From assembly GCA_041649635.1 (NCBI GenBank), contig JBAZMV010000007.1, positions 10,900 through 74,899 of the forward strand: a stretch of 64,000 nt of DNA. Reading direction: 5' to 3'. The position numbers and the translations under genes are program-made. Source of the DNA: Dehalococcoidia bacterium (GTDB lineage: Bacteria > Chloroflexota > Dehalococcoidia > E44-bin15). The notes beneath the pieces were generated by a model, which saw nothing but the letters and a program-made list of their open reading frames with translations, was not told the origin of the DNA and did not search any database. Every line of letters starts with the position of its first letter. Within the stretch, counting starts at the first letter, position 1. This document shows positions 53,862-63,639 of this stretch, one piece after another.

Positions 53862-54619
53862 TTTCGACTCCTCTTGCGCTTCTGCTCGCCAGAGCCGCAA
53901 ACAACGCACTTTGGATTCCTTGCTAAATCTTCACACGCAAACTCCATAGAATCGCCGTTGAAATACAGCATTCTGCCTTGAAGCGTCTCGCCAAAACCAG
54001 CGATGAGCTTGATAGCCTCCATCACCTGAAGCGAAGCCGCTAAAGCTGGAGTGACGCCGAAAACCGGAATAGTTTCCTCGGACTCTGGCAGGGTCGGGTA
54101 AATACAGGCGAGGCACGGTGTCTTGCCGGGAACGATGGTAGTTACTTGACCCACCAGCCCGTTGATGCCGCCATGAATCAATGGAACCCCGTTTCTGACA
54201 CACGCGGCATTTATTATGAACCTTGTCTTGAAATTATCGAGCCCGTCTATAACCGCGTCAGCGCCTTCGATGATGCTATCGGCATTCCCCTCTGTAATAT
54301 GCTTACACACGGACGTAATCTTGATCGATTTGTTGATCTTGCGAAGCTTAGCGGCGGCCGATGCCGTTTTCTTCTTCCCGATATCCTTCTCCCAGTGAAG
54401 CATCTGCCTGTTCAAATTTGAAAGCTCGACAGCATCGTCATCGACTATCGTGATATGACCGAAACCGGCGTATGCCAGATACATAGACGCAGCGCACCCC
54501 AGACCACCAACGCCAACAACAAACACATTCGAGGCTTTCAGTTTTTCCTGTCCTGTTTCCCCGAACTCAGGATAGACAATCTGTCGTCCGTATCTCAGCA
54601 GTTCATCTTCAGAAAGCAC
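53858..54619 (-). CDS. ThiF/MoeB/HesA-family E1-like adenylyltransferase
   Basis: 253 aa. It has RY.RQ, the GVGGLGCAAS..LA.AG nucleotide loop, D.D.VE.SNLNRQ, and two CxxC pairs (CLAC, CVVC). No rhodanese domain. Confidence 0.85.
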   Translation of the reverse strand: MLSEDELLRYGRQIVYPEFGETGQEKLKASNVFVVGVGGLGCAASMYLAYAGFGHITIVDDDAVELSNLNRQMLHWEKDIGKKKTASAAAKLRKINKSIKITSVCKHITEGNADSIIEGADAVIDGLDNFKTRFIINAACVRNGVPLIHGGINGLVGQVTTIVPGKTPCLACIYPTLPESEETIPVFGVTPALAASLQVMEAIKLIAGFGETLQGRMLYFNGDSMEFACEDLARNPKCVVCGSGEQKRKRSRK

Positions 54620-54771
54620 CGATCGACTCCTTGCAGATATATCCGCTGGATTGAGAATATTCTATCGTCTATTGCAATGTCAATAACGTTCTGTTATTAA
54701 TATACATACTAATTACTACCATAAAATAAAATCTATCTGTTCACAGGACTCATTTCCAAAATTACATAATA

Positions 54772-54800
54772 TTGACGAAATTTAATAGTAATGATATAAT
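54772..54800 (+). promoter_or_regulatory. near-consensus sigma70 promoter for the giant protease gene
   Basis: TTGACG, then a 17-nt spacer, then TATAAT, in an AT-rich 200-bp intergenic region. The -10 element ends 27 nt upstream of the ATG. Confidence 0.55.
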
Positions 54801-54827
54801 GTAAAGTTATCCGACAGTGGCTAAATA

Positions 54828-57800
54828 ATGGCTAGAAGAAGTTGGACCACAAAACTGTCGCTGCTATTAATGATGGCAGTGATATTAAGCCTGATCATAC
54901 AGGTGTCAATACAGCATGTCTCGACACAAGCGGATTCTCCTGAAGTAACAGGCATCAACCTGCCCCCGGTTGTTTCCGCCAAGCATTCCAATCCTAAGAT
55001 GGATTCCGCCCTTTCGCAATTGGTCGAGGCTGCCGGGCAAGGGAAAGCTGCGCACTTCGCACAACAACACGGGTTATATATTGAGTCCAACAAAGTTAGG
55101 GTCATCCTTGAAAGTAAACCAGATAAAATTCAAGACGCTATCCTAGCCGCGCAAGCTGTCGGCGGCAATCTTGAAACCAGTTACCGCAATCTAATACAGG
55201 TCAGGGTCCCAATTACTGCTTTAAACGACATTGCTAAAAGCCCCTATATCGATTTTGTACAAAGTCCTCTTACGCCAACAATTACTGAAACAACCATAGA
55301 AAGTATGGGGCTCATCAACGCTACAGCATGGAACGGCGCAGGGTACGACGGCACCGGTATCAGTATAGGTGTGCTTGATATGGGCTTTAAGAACTACTCA
55401 ACGCTCTTGGGCACAGACCTCCCGTCATCAATTGCGGATACCTGGTGGTCTCCTACCATCGGATATAACGAAAGCGAACATGGCACAGCCTGCGCCGAGG
55501 TGATACATGATATCGCACCCAATGCCTCCCTTTATTTTGCCACCTGTAATACTTCCGTTGAATGGGGCAACGCGATAGATTGGTTCATCTCAAAAGACGT
55601 GGACATTATCTCATGTTCACTCATATGGCTCAACGGAGGACCAGGAGACGGTACAGGCACCATATGCGACGCTGTGTCCGATGCCGCTGATAACGGCATC
55701 CTCTGGGTTAACTCAGCAGGCAACTACGCTGAGGGCCATTGGATGGGAGAATGGAGCGATCCGGATAGCAGCCGTATGCATAACTTCAGTGTTAACGATG
55801 AAAGCAATGCTATTAATGTTGATTTAGACCTAAGCAGCACGATAAGACTTGGCCTGAGATGGAATGACTCATGGGATACATCTTCAAACGACTATGATCT
55901 AATTCTTTATAATTCCAGCCTTTCCATAGTCGCATCTTCAGAAAGACCCCAAGATGGATCTTCCTGGCCACCAATAGAAGAAATCAGTTATACTGCAACA
56001 TACTCTGGCACCTATCACATAGGAATATATAACTACTCCGCCGACGGCACATCCGAATTGCACCTTTTCAGCTTCAATCAAGACTTACAGTACCAGAACC
56101 CGGAATACAGCATACTTCAACCAGCGGATTCCCCCGACGCTATGACCGTTGGCGCTGTAAGATGGTCCACCCCTAATGCTATCGAATCTTGGAGTTCACA
56201 GGGACCTACGATGGACAATAGGATCAAGCCGGATATAGTCGCCCCGGATTGCATCAACACCGCCTCGTATGGCGCAGGCGGCTTCTGCGGCACCTCCGCA
56301 GCAGCCCCTCACGTAGCAGGAGCTGCCGCTCTCGTCAAACAGATGTACCCGCTCTATACATACACTGACCTGCAGAGCCACCTTGAGTTCTCCGCCGTCG
56401 AGCTTGGAGATGCGGGAAAGGACAACGTCTTCGGCAGCGGCAGGCTATACCTGGACGAGACGCCGCCTAATCCTGATACCACGATAGATCCTATACTGGA
56501 TTGCGTGAAAGAATTGAGCGCCATCAGCGGCAGCGCGTCATGTGAATACGGAACAATCAGTAATGTAGATCTACAGATAAACCGGAGCGACGACAGCTAC
56601 TTCTGGAACGGCAGCGACTGGCAAGAAGGCGAAATATGGATTGATACTACCCCTGTAGATGGAACGTTCGATGAAGCATCTGAATTGTGGAGAATAAACA
56701 GTGCCTCTTTGCCCGTATGGACTACCGGTAACATATACTATATTGCAGCCAGAGCTATCGACAATGAAAGCAATTATGATCTTACACCGGCACTGGAATC
56801 ATTCACAATCGGTGATATTGGCTGGGAAACAATGGAAATCGATATCGGTGACGACTTAATAGGAATATGGGGCAACTCCTCCTCTGACATATTCGTTATA
56901 GGGGGCAATAATGATAATACTAATGTCTTCGCACATTATGACGGAACAGAATGGGATGTTACCGGCAATACGTCAGGATATTCTCTCCGGGACATATGGG
57001 GCAGCTCAAGCTCAGATATCTTCGCTGTAGGCACGCTTGGCACCATACTGCATTACAACGGCAGTTCTTGGTCATCAATGGAAAGCAATACCTTAGACGA
57101 TTTATGGAGTGTCTGGGGAGACTCATCAACAGATGTCTATGCCGTTGGCGCCAACGGGACTATCTTGAATTATGATGGATTCTCCTGGACAAATATGACT
57201 AGCACCACAAATGACACACTGCAATGTATCTGGGGATCCAACTCATCGAATATTTATGCCGTCGGTTACACAAGTACATCTAAAGGCACGATTCTTCACT
57301 ATAACGGCTCATGGAACCATATGAGTATCGGAGATGTCCCACCCCTAGCCGGTGTGTGGGGTTTTGATCCCTCAGACATCTTCGCTGCCGGTTATGCCGG
57401 CACGCTTCTTCACTATAACGGTGCGTCGTGGAGCAGTATGAACAGCGGCACTGCCAACACACTGGGCCCACTCTGGTGCATAACAGGATCAAATGTTTTT
57501 ACAGGAGGAGTTGGCGGCACGATCATTTACTATAGGGACCTGAACTGGATACCGTCATACAGCGGCACAACAAACACGATAAATGCGATATGGGGCAACG
57601 TACGCGACGTGTATGCCGTTGGAGACAAGGGTACCATCCTTCATTACAACGCATACCCGGATAGAAGCGTATATCTGAGCGGGCCTCAATCAGTAACGGT
57701 GGGACAGAGTTTCAATATGACGGTCGGAATCAGTAGAATTCCTGACTTATATACAGGCCGATTCTCTATGGAGTATGACCCAGACATCATCAGAATTGTT

Positions 57801-60044
57801 GCCCCTAATGTCGGTAACGGCCTCTTATACGGCAACGCTACTACGTATGAGGTGCTCACGGCAGGCAACTGGAGTCTCAACGGATCGGGTCCGGATAATC
57901 AGGGTATTATAGAGATAACTTTCAACCTCTCCAATTGCACCAACCCTATAGGCGTAACCGAAGGAAAACTGGCAAATATCTGTTTCACGGCTAACAGCAG
58001 CGGCACGACCAATATCTCATTTGTTCCATTATTAACCCTGACCGATTATTACGATGAAGACATACCCATGAACTGGTACAACAAATCAATAACCGTATAC
58101 GACGTCATCCCTCCTCCTATAGCAGACCTGAACTGCTCGACAATAGCAGGCAATTACTCAGCTCTCCATTTGACATGGACCGCGACCGGAATAGGCGGGG
58201 GTGAATATGACATTCGATACAGACTGAACAGTCCGGTCACTGAAGAAAACTGGGGTTATTCAACAACAGTTAGATGCATCGGAGAGCCGACCCCTCAAGC
58301 GTCACCTGCTTCCGAATCTTTCAATGTGACCGGCCTTGATCATAACACAAAATACTATTTCTCTATAAAGGTCGCCAACCCCAATTCTATGTTTTCAGAC
58401 ATCTCCAACACAACATCTTGCACAACCGCCCCATGGCTTCACAGTCTTAATATAAGCATTGTCCCACCTGAAGGAGGCTCAGCAGAGGGCGCTGGAGAAG
58501 AATATCTACATGGTAATGTATATGACATCAGTGCTATTCCATCCAACTGTTACCACTTTGTTAACTGGTCGGGTGACACGGACACAATCGCCAATACCAG
58601 CGCTGCTTCTACTACCATAACCATGAACGATGACTACTCAATCACCGCAAACTTCGCTATAGATACCTTCACTCTGACTTACAACGCGGGTGCCGGCGGC
58701 TCCATCTCAGGCGATAGCCCGCAAACAGTCGACTGCGGCGAGGACGGCTCACAGGTCACCGCCGTCCCAGATGAATACTACCACTTCGTCGATTGGAGCG
58801 ACGGCGTGCTAACCGCCTCCCGTACCGATACCAACGTACAGGATAACATCACCGTTATCGCAAACTTCGCTATCGATACCTTCACTCTGACCTATAACGC
58901 AGGCGCTGGCGGCTCTATCATCGGAATTAACCCGCAAACAGTCACCGTCGGCGAGGACGGCTCACAGGTCACCGCTACTCCGAATGCCTGCTACCACTTC
59001 GTCGATTGGAGCGACGGCGTGCTAACCGCCTCCCGTACCGATACCAACGCACAAGATAACATCACTGTTACCGCTAACTTTGTATCAGGAGAGCCGTTCT
59101 ACCTTGACATCAGTGTGAACGGCAACGGTTCCGTAACCGGCCCAGGTGAAGGCACCTTCGGCCCCTATAACTGCGATAATACCATAGACCTGCTAGCGGA
59201 ACCGGAACTGGGTTACGAATTCGTCAGCTGGTCAGGAGACATTTCTGCCATAGCAAATCCCTACTCGGCGTCGACCACTATCACTATGTACGATGACTAC
59301 TCCATCACCGCCAACTTCGGACTGCCAGCCACCGGATTCTACGGCAATGCAGACCAAGACGGCATGCTATCCATCGGTGACTATTCCTCCTTAAGGCTCA
59401 TGCTTTTCAATAAACAATCCTTTAATCCGGGCGGAGACGCGGACCAGGACGGTACGCTCTCTATCGGGGACTACTCACACCTCAGGCTCATGCTCTTTAA
59501 TAAACAACCCATAGTGGACAAGTACGAAGTCTCATACGACTTCCTGTCCGGTGCGAGCTCCAATAAGTGGGCCAAGAGCAAAACGGTATCTTCCGTCCCC
59601 CCCGCCGACAACTATGATAACGAGTCAGGCTGGACCGATGCCATAATCCCCAATGACTACGACGACATAGCTCTCACCGACAGCGACGTGTGGACTATAA
59701 CGGGATCGCCCGGCCTCTACTCGGCGCTGCAATGCAAGTTCACCGTCGTCAACAACCCCGCGGACATCACCAGCATAGGCATCACGCTCAACGGCTCATC
59801 CAGCATCGCCGGCAGCACACTGCGCTTCTACGCCTGGAACTTCGATACCGAATCATGGACACAGATAGGCAGCGACTTCTCCATGACCACTTCTATCGCC
59901 TCCTATTCCTCATGGGCCGCATGGGGCAAGGTGTATGCAGACTATATCGACGGCAGCCAATACATGTACATCTTAGCCATCCTGAATACCGCAAACGCTA
60001 ACATCAACGTAGATTACCTCAAGCTCACCGTAGCACATCCATAG
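54828..60044 (+). CDS. 1738-aa secreted multidomain subtilisin-like (S8) serine protease with 7 propeller-like repeats, cohesin-like domain, FN3, four B-repeat (Flg_new-like) modules, a dockerin pair and a C-terminal beta-sandwich-like domain
   Basis: It has a signal peptide/TM (LSLLLMMAVILSLII) and the catalytic triad contexts GVLDMGF (Asp), EHGTACAEV (His) and GTSAAAPHVAGAAAL (Ser). It has seven W-G-x-S-x-S-D-I/V-F/Y-A-V-G...GTILHYNG..W repeats (about 56857-57655). A cohesin-like block reads GQSFNMTVGISRIPDLYTGRFSMEYDPDIIRIV. Two D-x-D-G-x-L-S-I-G-D-Y calcium-loop dockerin repeats are present. Confidence 0.85.
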   Translation: MARRSWTTKLSLLLMMAVILSLIIQVSIQHVSTQADSPEVTGINLPPVVSAKHSNPKMDSALSQLVEAAGQGKAAHFAQQHGLYIESNKVRVILESKPDKIQDAILAAQAVGGNLETSYRNLIQVRVPITALNDIAKSPYIDFVQSPLTPTITETTIESMGLINATAWNGAGYDGTGISIGVLDMGFKNYSTLLGTDLPSSIADTWWSPTIGYNESEHGTACAEVIHDIAPNASLYFATCNTSVEWGNAIDWFISKDVDIISCSLIWLNGGPGDGTGTICDAVSDAADNGILWVNSAGNYAEGHWMGEWSDPDSSRMHNFSVNDESNAINVDLDLSSTIRLGLRWNDSWDTSSNDYDLILYNSSLSIVASSERPQDGSSWPPIEEISYTATYSGTYHIGIYNYSADGTSELHLFSFNQDLQYQNPEYSILQPADSPDAMTVGAVRWSTPNAIESWSSQGPTMDNRIKPDIVAPDCINTASYGAGGFCGTSAAAPHVAGAAALVKQMYPLYTYTDLQSHLEFSAVELGDAGKDNVFGSGRLYLDETPPNPDTTIDPILDCVKELSAISGSASCEYGTISNVDLQINRSDDSYFWNGSDWQEGEIWIDTTPVDGTFDEASELWRINSASLPVWTTGNIYYIAARAIDNESNYDLTPALESFTIGDIGWETMEIDIGDDLIGIWGNSSSDIFVIGGNNDNTNVFAHYDGTEWDVTGNTSGYSLRDIWGSSSSDIFAVGTLGTILHYNGSSWSSMESNTLDDLWSVWGDSSTDVYAVGANGTILNYDGFSWTNMTSTTNDTLQCIWGSNSSNIYAVGYTSTSKGTILHYNGSWNHMSIGDVPPLAGVWGFDPSDIFAAGYAGTLLHYNGASWSSMNSGTANTLGPLWCITGSNVFTGGVGGTIIYYRDLNWIPSYSGTTNTINAIWGNVRDVYAVGDKGTILHYNAYPDRSVYLSGPQSVTVGQSFNMTVGISRIPDLYTGRFSMEYDPDIIRIVAPNVGNGLLYGNATTYEVLTAGNWSLNGSGPDNQGIIEITFNLSNCTNPIGVTEGKLANICFTANSSGTTNISFVPLLTLTDYYDEDIPMNWYNKSITVYDVIPPPIADLNCSTIAGNYSALHLTWTATGIGGGEYDIRYRLNSPVTEENWGYSTTVRCIGEPTPQASPASESFNVTGLDHNTKYYFSIKVANPNSMFSDISNTTSCTTAPWLHSLNISIVPPEGGSAEGAGEEYLHGNVYDISAIPSNCYHFVNWSGDTDTIANTSAASTTITMNDDYSITANFAIDTFTLTYNAGAGGSISGDSPQTVDCGEDGSQVTAVPDEYYHFVDWSDGVLTASRTDTNVQDNITVIANFAIDTFTLTYNAGAGGSIIGINPQTVTVGEDGSQVTATPNACYHFVDWSDGVLTASRTDTNAQDNITVTANFVSGEPFYLDISVNGNGSVTGPGEGTFGPYNCDNTIDLLAEPELGYEFVSWSGDISAIANPYSASTTITMYDDYSITANFGLPATGFYGNADQDGMLSIGDYSSLRLMLFNKQSFNPGGDADQDGTLSIGDYSHLRLMLFNKQPIVDKYEVSYDFLSGASSNKWAKSKTVSSVPPADNYDNESGWTDAIIPNDYDDIALTDSDVWTITGSPGLYSALQCKFTVVNNPADITSIGITLNGSSSIAGSTLRFYAWNFDTESWTQIGSDFSMTTSIASYSSWAAWGKVYADYIDGSQYMYILAILNTANANINVDYLKLTVAHP
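58650..59075 (+). repeat. 2 x 213-bp near-identical tandem repeat inside the protease gene (71-aa B-repeat module)
   Basis: Copy 1 is 58650-58862 and copy 2 is 58863-59075. Both begin aacttcgctat(a/c)gataccttcactctgac and encode NFAIDTFTLTYNAGAGGSI...YHFVDWSDGVLTASRTDTN.QDNITV.A. Only scattered substitutions differ between them. Confidence 0.85.
59349..59507 (+). repeat. tandem dockerin-repeat coding units (period 90 nt)
   Basis: 59349-59417 and 59439-59507 both encode ADQDG(M/T)LSIGDYS(S/H)LRLMLFNKQ. Confidence 0.8.
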
Positions 60045-60129
60045 ATACCCGTAGTCGATTAAGATTATTCAGCAAGATAATCTAAATCTCACAGTTAAGC
60101 ATAAGCTTGGAGGAATCGCCAAAAAAGTC

Positions 60130-60204
60130 TGGAGCGGGTGATGGGATTCGAACCCACGACTCTTTGCTTGGGAAGCAAATACTCTACCACTGAGTTACAC
60201 CCGC
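60130..60204 (-). tRNA. tRNA-Gly (anticodon CCC)
   Basis: The reverse complement folds as GCGGGTG-TA-ACTC..GAGT-A-TTTGC-TTCCCAA-GCAAA-GAGTC-GTGGG-TTCGAAT-CCCAT-CACCCGC-T-CCA. Confidence 0.88.
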
Positions 60205-60252
60205 GAAATTCGTATCTATTCTAGCCCGCAAAACCCTATCTGTAAAGAGAGG

Positions 60253-61275
60253 GTGCTTGCTTCGTCAAATTCCGGCACCGACATCGCCGGCCTGCTTGAA
60301 GGTTACCGGCTGTGCGCCGCCACCGAAGGGAAAAGCCCTAACTCCACGGCAATCGTTATCAACAGTATGAGATACCTCAACGACTTCCTCAGTTGCAGCG
60401 GCCTGAGCACCGACGTGACCGTAATAGGCACGCGGGAAATCAGGGCCTTCATCCTCTACCTGCAGCAGAAGGTATGCTTGAGCCATCACCCCTATAGCAA
60501 GCCGCAGCAGAGGGGTCTCTCCGGACATACCGTGAATACCTACATGAGGTCCATCCGGGCCTTCTGGTCCTGGCTCGTCGAGGAAGAGATCATCGAGCAA
60601 AATCCCTTCTCAAAACTTAAAATACCGAAGCCGCCCAGGAAGATCATAGCCACCTTCTCCCCGCACCAAATCGATTCCCTGTTAAGCGCCATGAACGGCT
60701 CGGCGGAGGGCTATCGCAATACGGTCATCGTCCTTACCTTGCTAGATACCGGCCTGCGCATAAACGAGCTGATAAATCTGAAAATTGGAAACGTCTGTAT
60801 TGAAGAAGGGCTGGTCAAGGTCCTGGGCAAGGGCAATAAGGAGAGGCTGGTACCCATCGGTAAGCAGATTCGCAAACTGCTATGGCGCTACATCCATCAA
60901 TATCGCCCCGAACCGGTTCTGCCTAAAATAGATAACCTATTTCTGACCCAGGACGGCAGGCCGCTGACCAAGAACCGCGTGGGTACTACAATGAAACGCT
61001 ACGGCGTCATAGCCGGGCTTAGCGGCGTCAGATGCTCCCCTCACACTTTGAGACATACCTTTGCCATTAATTTTCTTAGAAACGACGGCGATGTTTTCAG
61101 CCTGCAGAAGATATTGGGGCACTCATCACTTGAGATGACCAGGCGCTATTGCGAGTTGGCTAATGTGGATATTAAGAAGGCTCATGCTACGGCCAGCCCC
61201 GTGGATAATCTCGCGATGGAAAGGAAACTGGCTGTAGCCCGCGCTGCCAGGGACAGTAAAACTAAAAAGCGTTGA
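60253..61275 (+). CDS. tyrosine recombinase/integrase (XerC/D-like, SAM-like N-domain + catalytic domain), copy 1
   Basis: 340 aa with a GTG start 48 nt from the tRNA-Gly 5' end. It has the catalytic residue contexts GLRINEL (Arg), HTLRHTFA (H-x-x-R), LGHSS and RY. Confidence 0.85.
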   Translation: MLASSNSGTDIAGLLEGYRLCAATEGKSPNSTAIVINSMRYLNDFLSCSGLSTDVTVIGTREIRAFILYLQQKVCLSHHPYSKPQQRGLSGHTVNTYMRSIRAFWSWLVEEEIIEQNPFSKLKIPKPPRKIIATFSPHQIDSLLSAMNGSAEGYRNTVIVLTLLDTGLRINELINLKIGNVCIEEGLVKVLGKGNKERLVPIGKQIRKLLWRYIHQYRPEPVLPKIDNLFLTQDGRPLTKNRVGTTMKRYGVIAGLSGVRCSPHTLRHTFAINFLRNDGDVFSLQKILGHSSLEMTRRYCELANVDIKKAHATASPVDNLAMERKLAVARAARDSKTKKR

Positions 61276-61277
61276 GA

Positions 61278-62354
61278 TTAGCTGCCGTCGGCGGCTTCTT
61301 CGATGATTGAAGATAGTGCCGTTATATACGGTACTGCGTCTTTTCGCACCTTTCGTGCCCCGGCGACTATTTTGCCAATGCGTTCATCGTTGGCATATCG
61401 GGCGGCTAGGGAGACAGTAGCTTCCCTGCACTTCTCCATTTCGTCCAAAGAGCCCATGGCGAGATGATAGTTATGAGCATCTGCAGGCACAAGCCAGCAG
61501 TTGCCGGATTGTTCTTGAAGAATCTCCAGGTTCGGTTGCTTCTCGGAAGCGAAGTTGTCCACAGCAAATTCATAGATATACTTGGAAACGTTGTCCAGAT
61601 AGCTTTCCCTTATTGCGGGGGGAGTGCCCGAGAGCCCACCCGTTTCACCTGCACCCCAAGTGCTGACATTAAAACTGAGAACTGCCCCTGGAGGGTTGTC
61701 CAAGAGCAAATTCGTTTCATCCTTGGCCTTGCTTCGGATTTCCGCCGCCAGAGCGCAACACATATAAACAAGTCTATCAAGCGATTTTCGCCACCGGTCA
61801 TAGTATCCAAACTCCGAAAAGGAGGCTTTCATTCTGGCCATAAAAAGCGGATGGAGATGATCCATTTCTACCGATAGTTTTACCACCAGTTCGCCCCGAT
61901 CCATCCAGAGCTTTAGCCCAGCCTCAGAGGTCTGTGGGGGATAACCGGTATCGGGAAGTCCCCAAATAGACCAGTCCTTTGCGCTGATATTGGAAATGCT
62001 GCTATGAAGCTGGATAGCTAAATCCTTGATTTCTTGAAATCTTGGCCGTATAAGATGGTCCTGTCGGTAGTGTCGAAGAATAACACCCGGCGTAATTCGC
62101 TCCACCTTCTGCAGAAGCCCTTTATGCACTTCATCAGAAGTAATAATGTCTAAACTTATTACTTCTTTGATAGCCGCCTCACTACACACCTCAACCGCCA
62201 TCGAGTAGGATATCTCTGTACTAAACCATTTCTCCACCTCACCTACTCTCGACTTGGCACAATGCATTATGCTTGATACATCATCCTGAGAGCAACCCGC
62301 TCTACGTAATACCAAGATCGCTAGACACTTATCGATGTTAGATGGGGCTTCCAC
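61278..62354 (-). CDS. hypothetical protein with possible N-terminal HTH, unknown function
   Basis: 358-aa ORF convergent with integrase 1, with stops 2 nt apart. The N-terminal segment LRRAGCSQDDVSSIMHCAKSRVGEVEKW looks HTH-like. I recognise no family motif. Confidence 0.5.
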   Translation of the reverse strand: MEAPSNIDKCLAILVLRRAGCSQDDVSSIMHCAKSRVGEVEKWFSTEISYSMAVEVCSEAAIKEVISLDIITSDEVHKGLLQKVERITPGVILRHYRQDHLIRPRFQEIKDLAIQLHSSISNISAKDWSIWGLPDTGYPPQTSEAGLKLWMDRGELVVKLSVEMDHLHPLFMARMKASFSEFGYYDRWRKSLDRLVYMCCALAAEIRSKAKDETNLLLDNPPGAVLSFNVSTWGAGETGGLSGTPPAIRESYLDNVSKYIYEFAVDNFASEKQPNLEILQEQSGNCWLVPADAHNYHLAMGSLDEMEKCREATVSLAARYANDERIGKIVAGARKVRKDAVPYITALSSIIEEAADGS

Positions 62355-62562
62355 AAAAACTTCCTTCTGAAAACTAAACAGAACCGGTAAAAACTGCCAC
62401 TATTGCAAATCTGTTTTATTCTAATAACAATCGTTTCTTTTGTCCAATAAGTGAGAATATAGGAGATATAGATAGCAAAGAAAACCGGGGCGATTAAGAT
62501 TCCATTCCCGCCTCAGATTAATAATCGGAAGGCTCTGAACAGTAAGACGGACGGTACAGCTA

Positions 62563-63624
62563 ATGACACTAGAACATGAAATAAATGATTTCCTAGAACA
62601 AGCCCTCGACAAGTCTGCTGCAACCGAGTTGAGCAAGCTCATTGAGGGTTACAAACTATGCGCTCGTAGTGAGGGAATCAGCGAAAACACAATCATGCTT
62701 ACCGAAAGAGCTGTGAGCTATTTCAAAAATTTTCTGACGGGCTCCGGGTTGCCCACTAACGTGGAATCAATTGGTACGAGCGAAATCCGCAGCTTCATCT
62801 TACACTTGAAGGAGGTTCAGCGTTTTCAGTCGCACCCATTCATCAAAAGTCACGACAGGAAACTCACAGGACATACAATTAATTGTTATCTTCGTAGCAT
62901 CAGCGCCTTTTGGAGTTGGCTATTCAGGGAAGGATTCTTAGAGGTCAACCCGTTCGCCAGAATAAAAATACCTAAAGCACCTACGAAGGTTATAACCCCA
63001 TTTACCGAAGACCAAATCCAAAGTTTGCTTCAAGCACTGGACACCTCCGTTATATCCGGTCTCAGGGCCTATGCAATAATTTTAACATTTCTGGACACAG
63101 GGATGCGATTGAGTGAGTTGATCGGCTTAAAAAAAGATAACGTCGATCTCAGAAATAAGATGCTCAAGGTCTTCGGTAAGGGAGCTAAAGAGCGCCGGAT
63201 TCCGATGGGGAAAAGGCTGCTGGCGGCCTTGTGGAAGTATCAGCTGCATCGGCCGCAACCGGCGACGGGATCAATTGACAACTTTTTCCTCACGCAAGAC
63301 GGTTGGCCGCTCACAAAAAACAGAGTGGAAACGATCATCAAAGATCTAGGTACAAAGGCAGGGTTACAAGGCGTGCGGTGTTCACCTCACACCTTCCGGC
63401 ATACCTTCTGCATCGAGTTTCTGCGAAACGGCGCCAATCTTTTCAGCCTACAGCAAATGACAGGACACTCATCCCTAGAGGTTTTACGCGGATACGTAGC
63501 TTTAGCTGAGTCTGATGTCAAAATTGCTCACCAGAAGTTCTCCCCGGCCGATAACCTGAACTTAAAAATGCCTTGCTTAAGGAAAAATAAACACGGGAAA
63601 AAAGCTATGGAGAGGGATACATGA
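62563..63624 (+). CDS. tyrosine recombinase/integrase, copy 2 (paralogue of copy 1)
   Basis: 353 aa. It is co-linear with copy 1 (LIEGYKLCARSEG versus LLEGYRLCAATEG). It has GMRLSEL, HTFRHTFC, TGHSS and GY. Confidence 0.85.
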   Translation: MTLEHEINDFLEQALDKSAATELSKLIEGYKLCARSEGISENTIMLTERAVSYFKNFLTGSGLPTNVESIGTSEIRSFILHLKEVQRFQSHPFIKSHDRKLTGHTINCYLRSISAFWSWLFREGFLEVNPFARIKIPKAPTKVITPFTEDQIQSLLQALDTSVISGLRAYAIILTFLDTGMRLSELIGLKKDNVDLRNKMLKVFGKGAKERRIPMGKRLLAALWKYQLHRPQPATGSIDNFFLTQDGWPLTKNRVETIIKDLGTKAGLQGVRCSPHTFRHTFCIEFLRNGANLFSLQQMTGHSSLEVLRGYVALAESDVKIAHQKFSPADNLNLKMPCLRKNKHGKKAMERDT

Positions 63625-63639
63625 AAGCTAAAGCGATTT

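Noticed and set aside
58650-59507. Tandem repeats as a CRISPR array or non-coding satellite.
   Set aside because: The repeats are long (213 nt and 90 nt period), lie in frame inside the protease ORF, and encode recognisable protein modules. There is no repeat-spacer architecture anywhere in the window.
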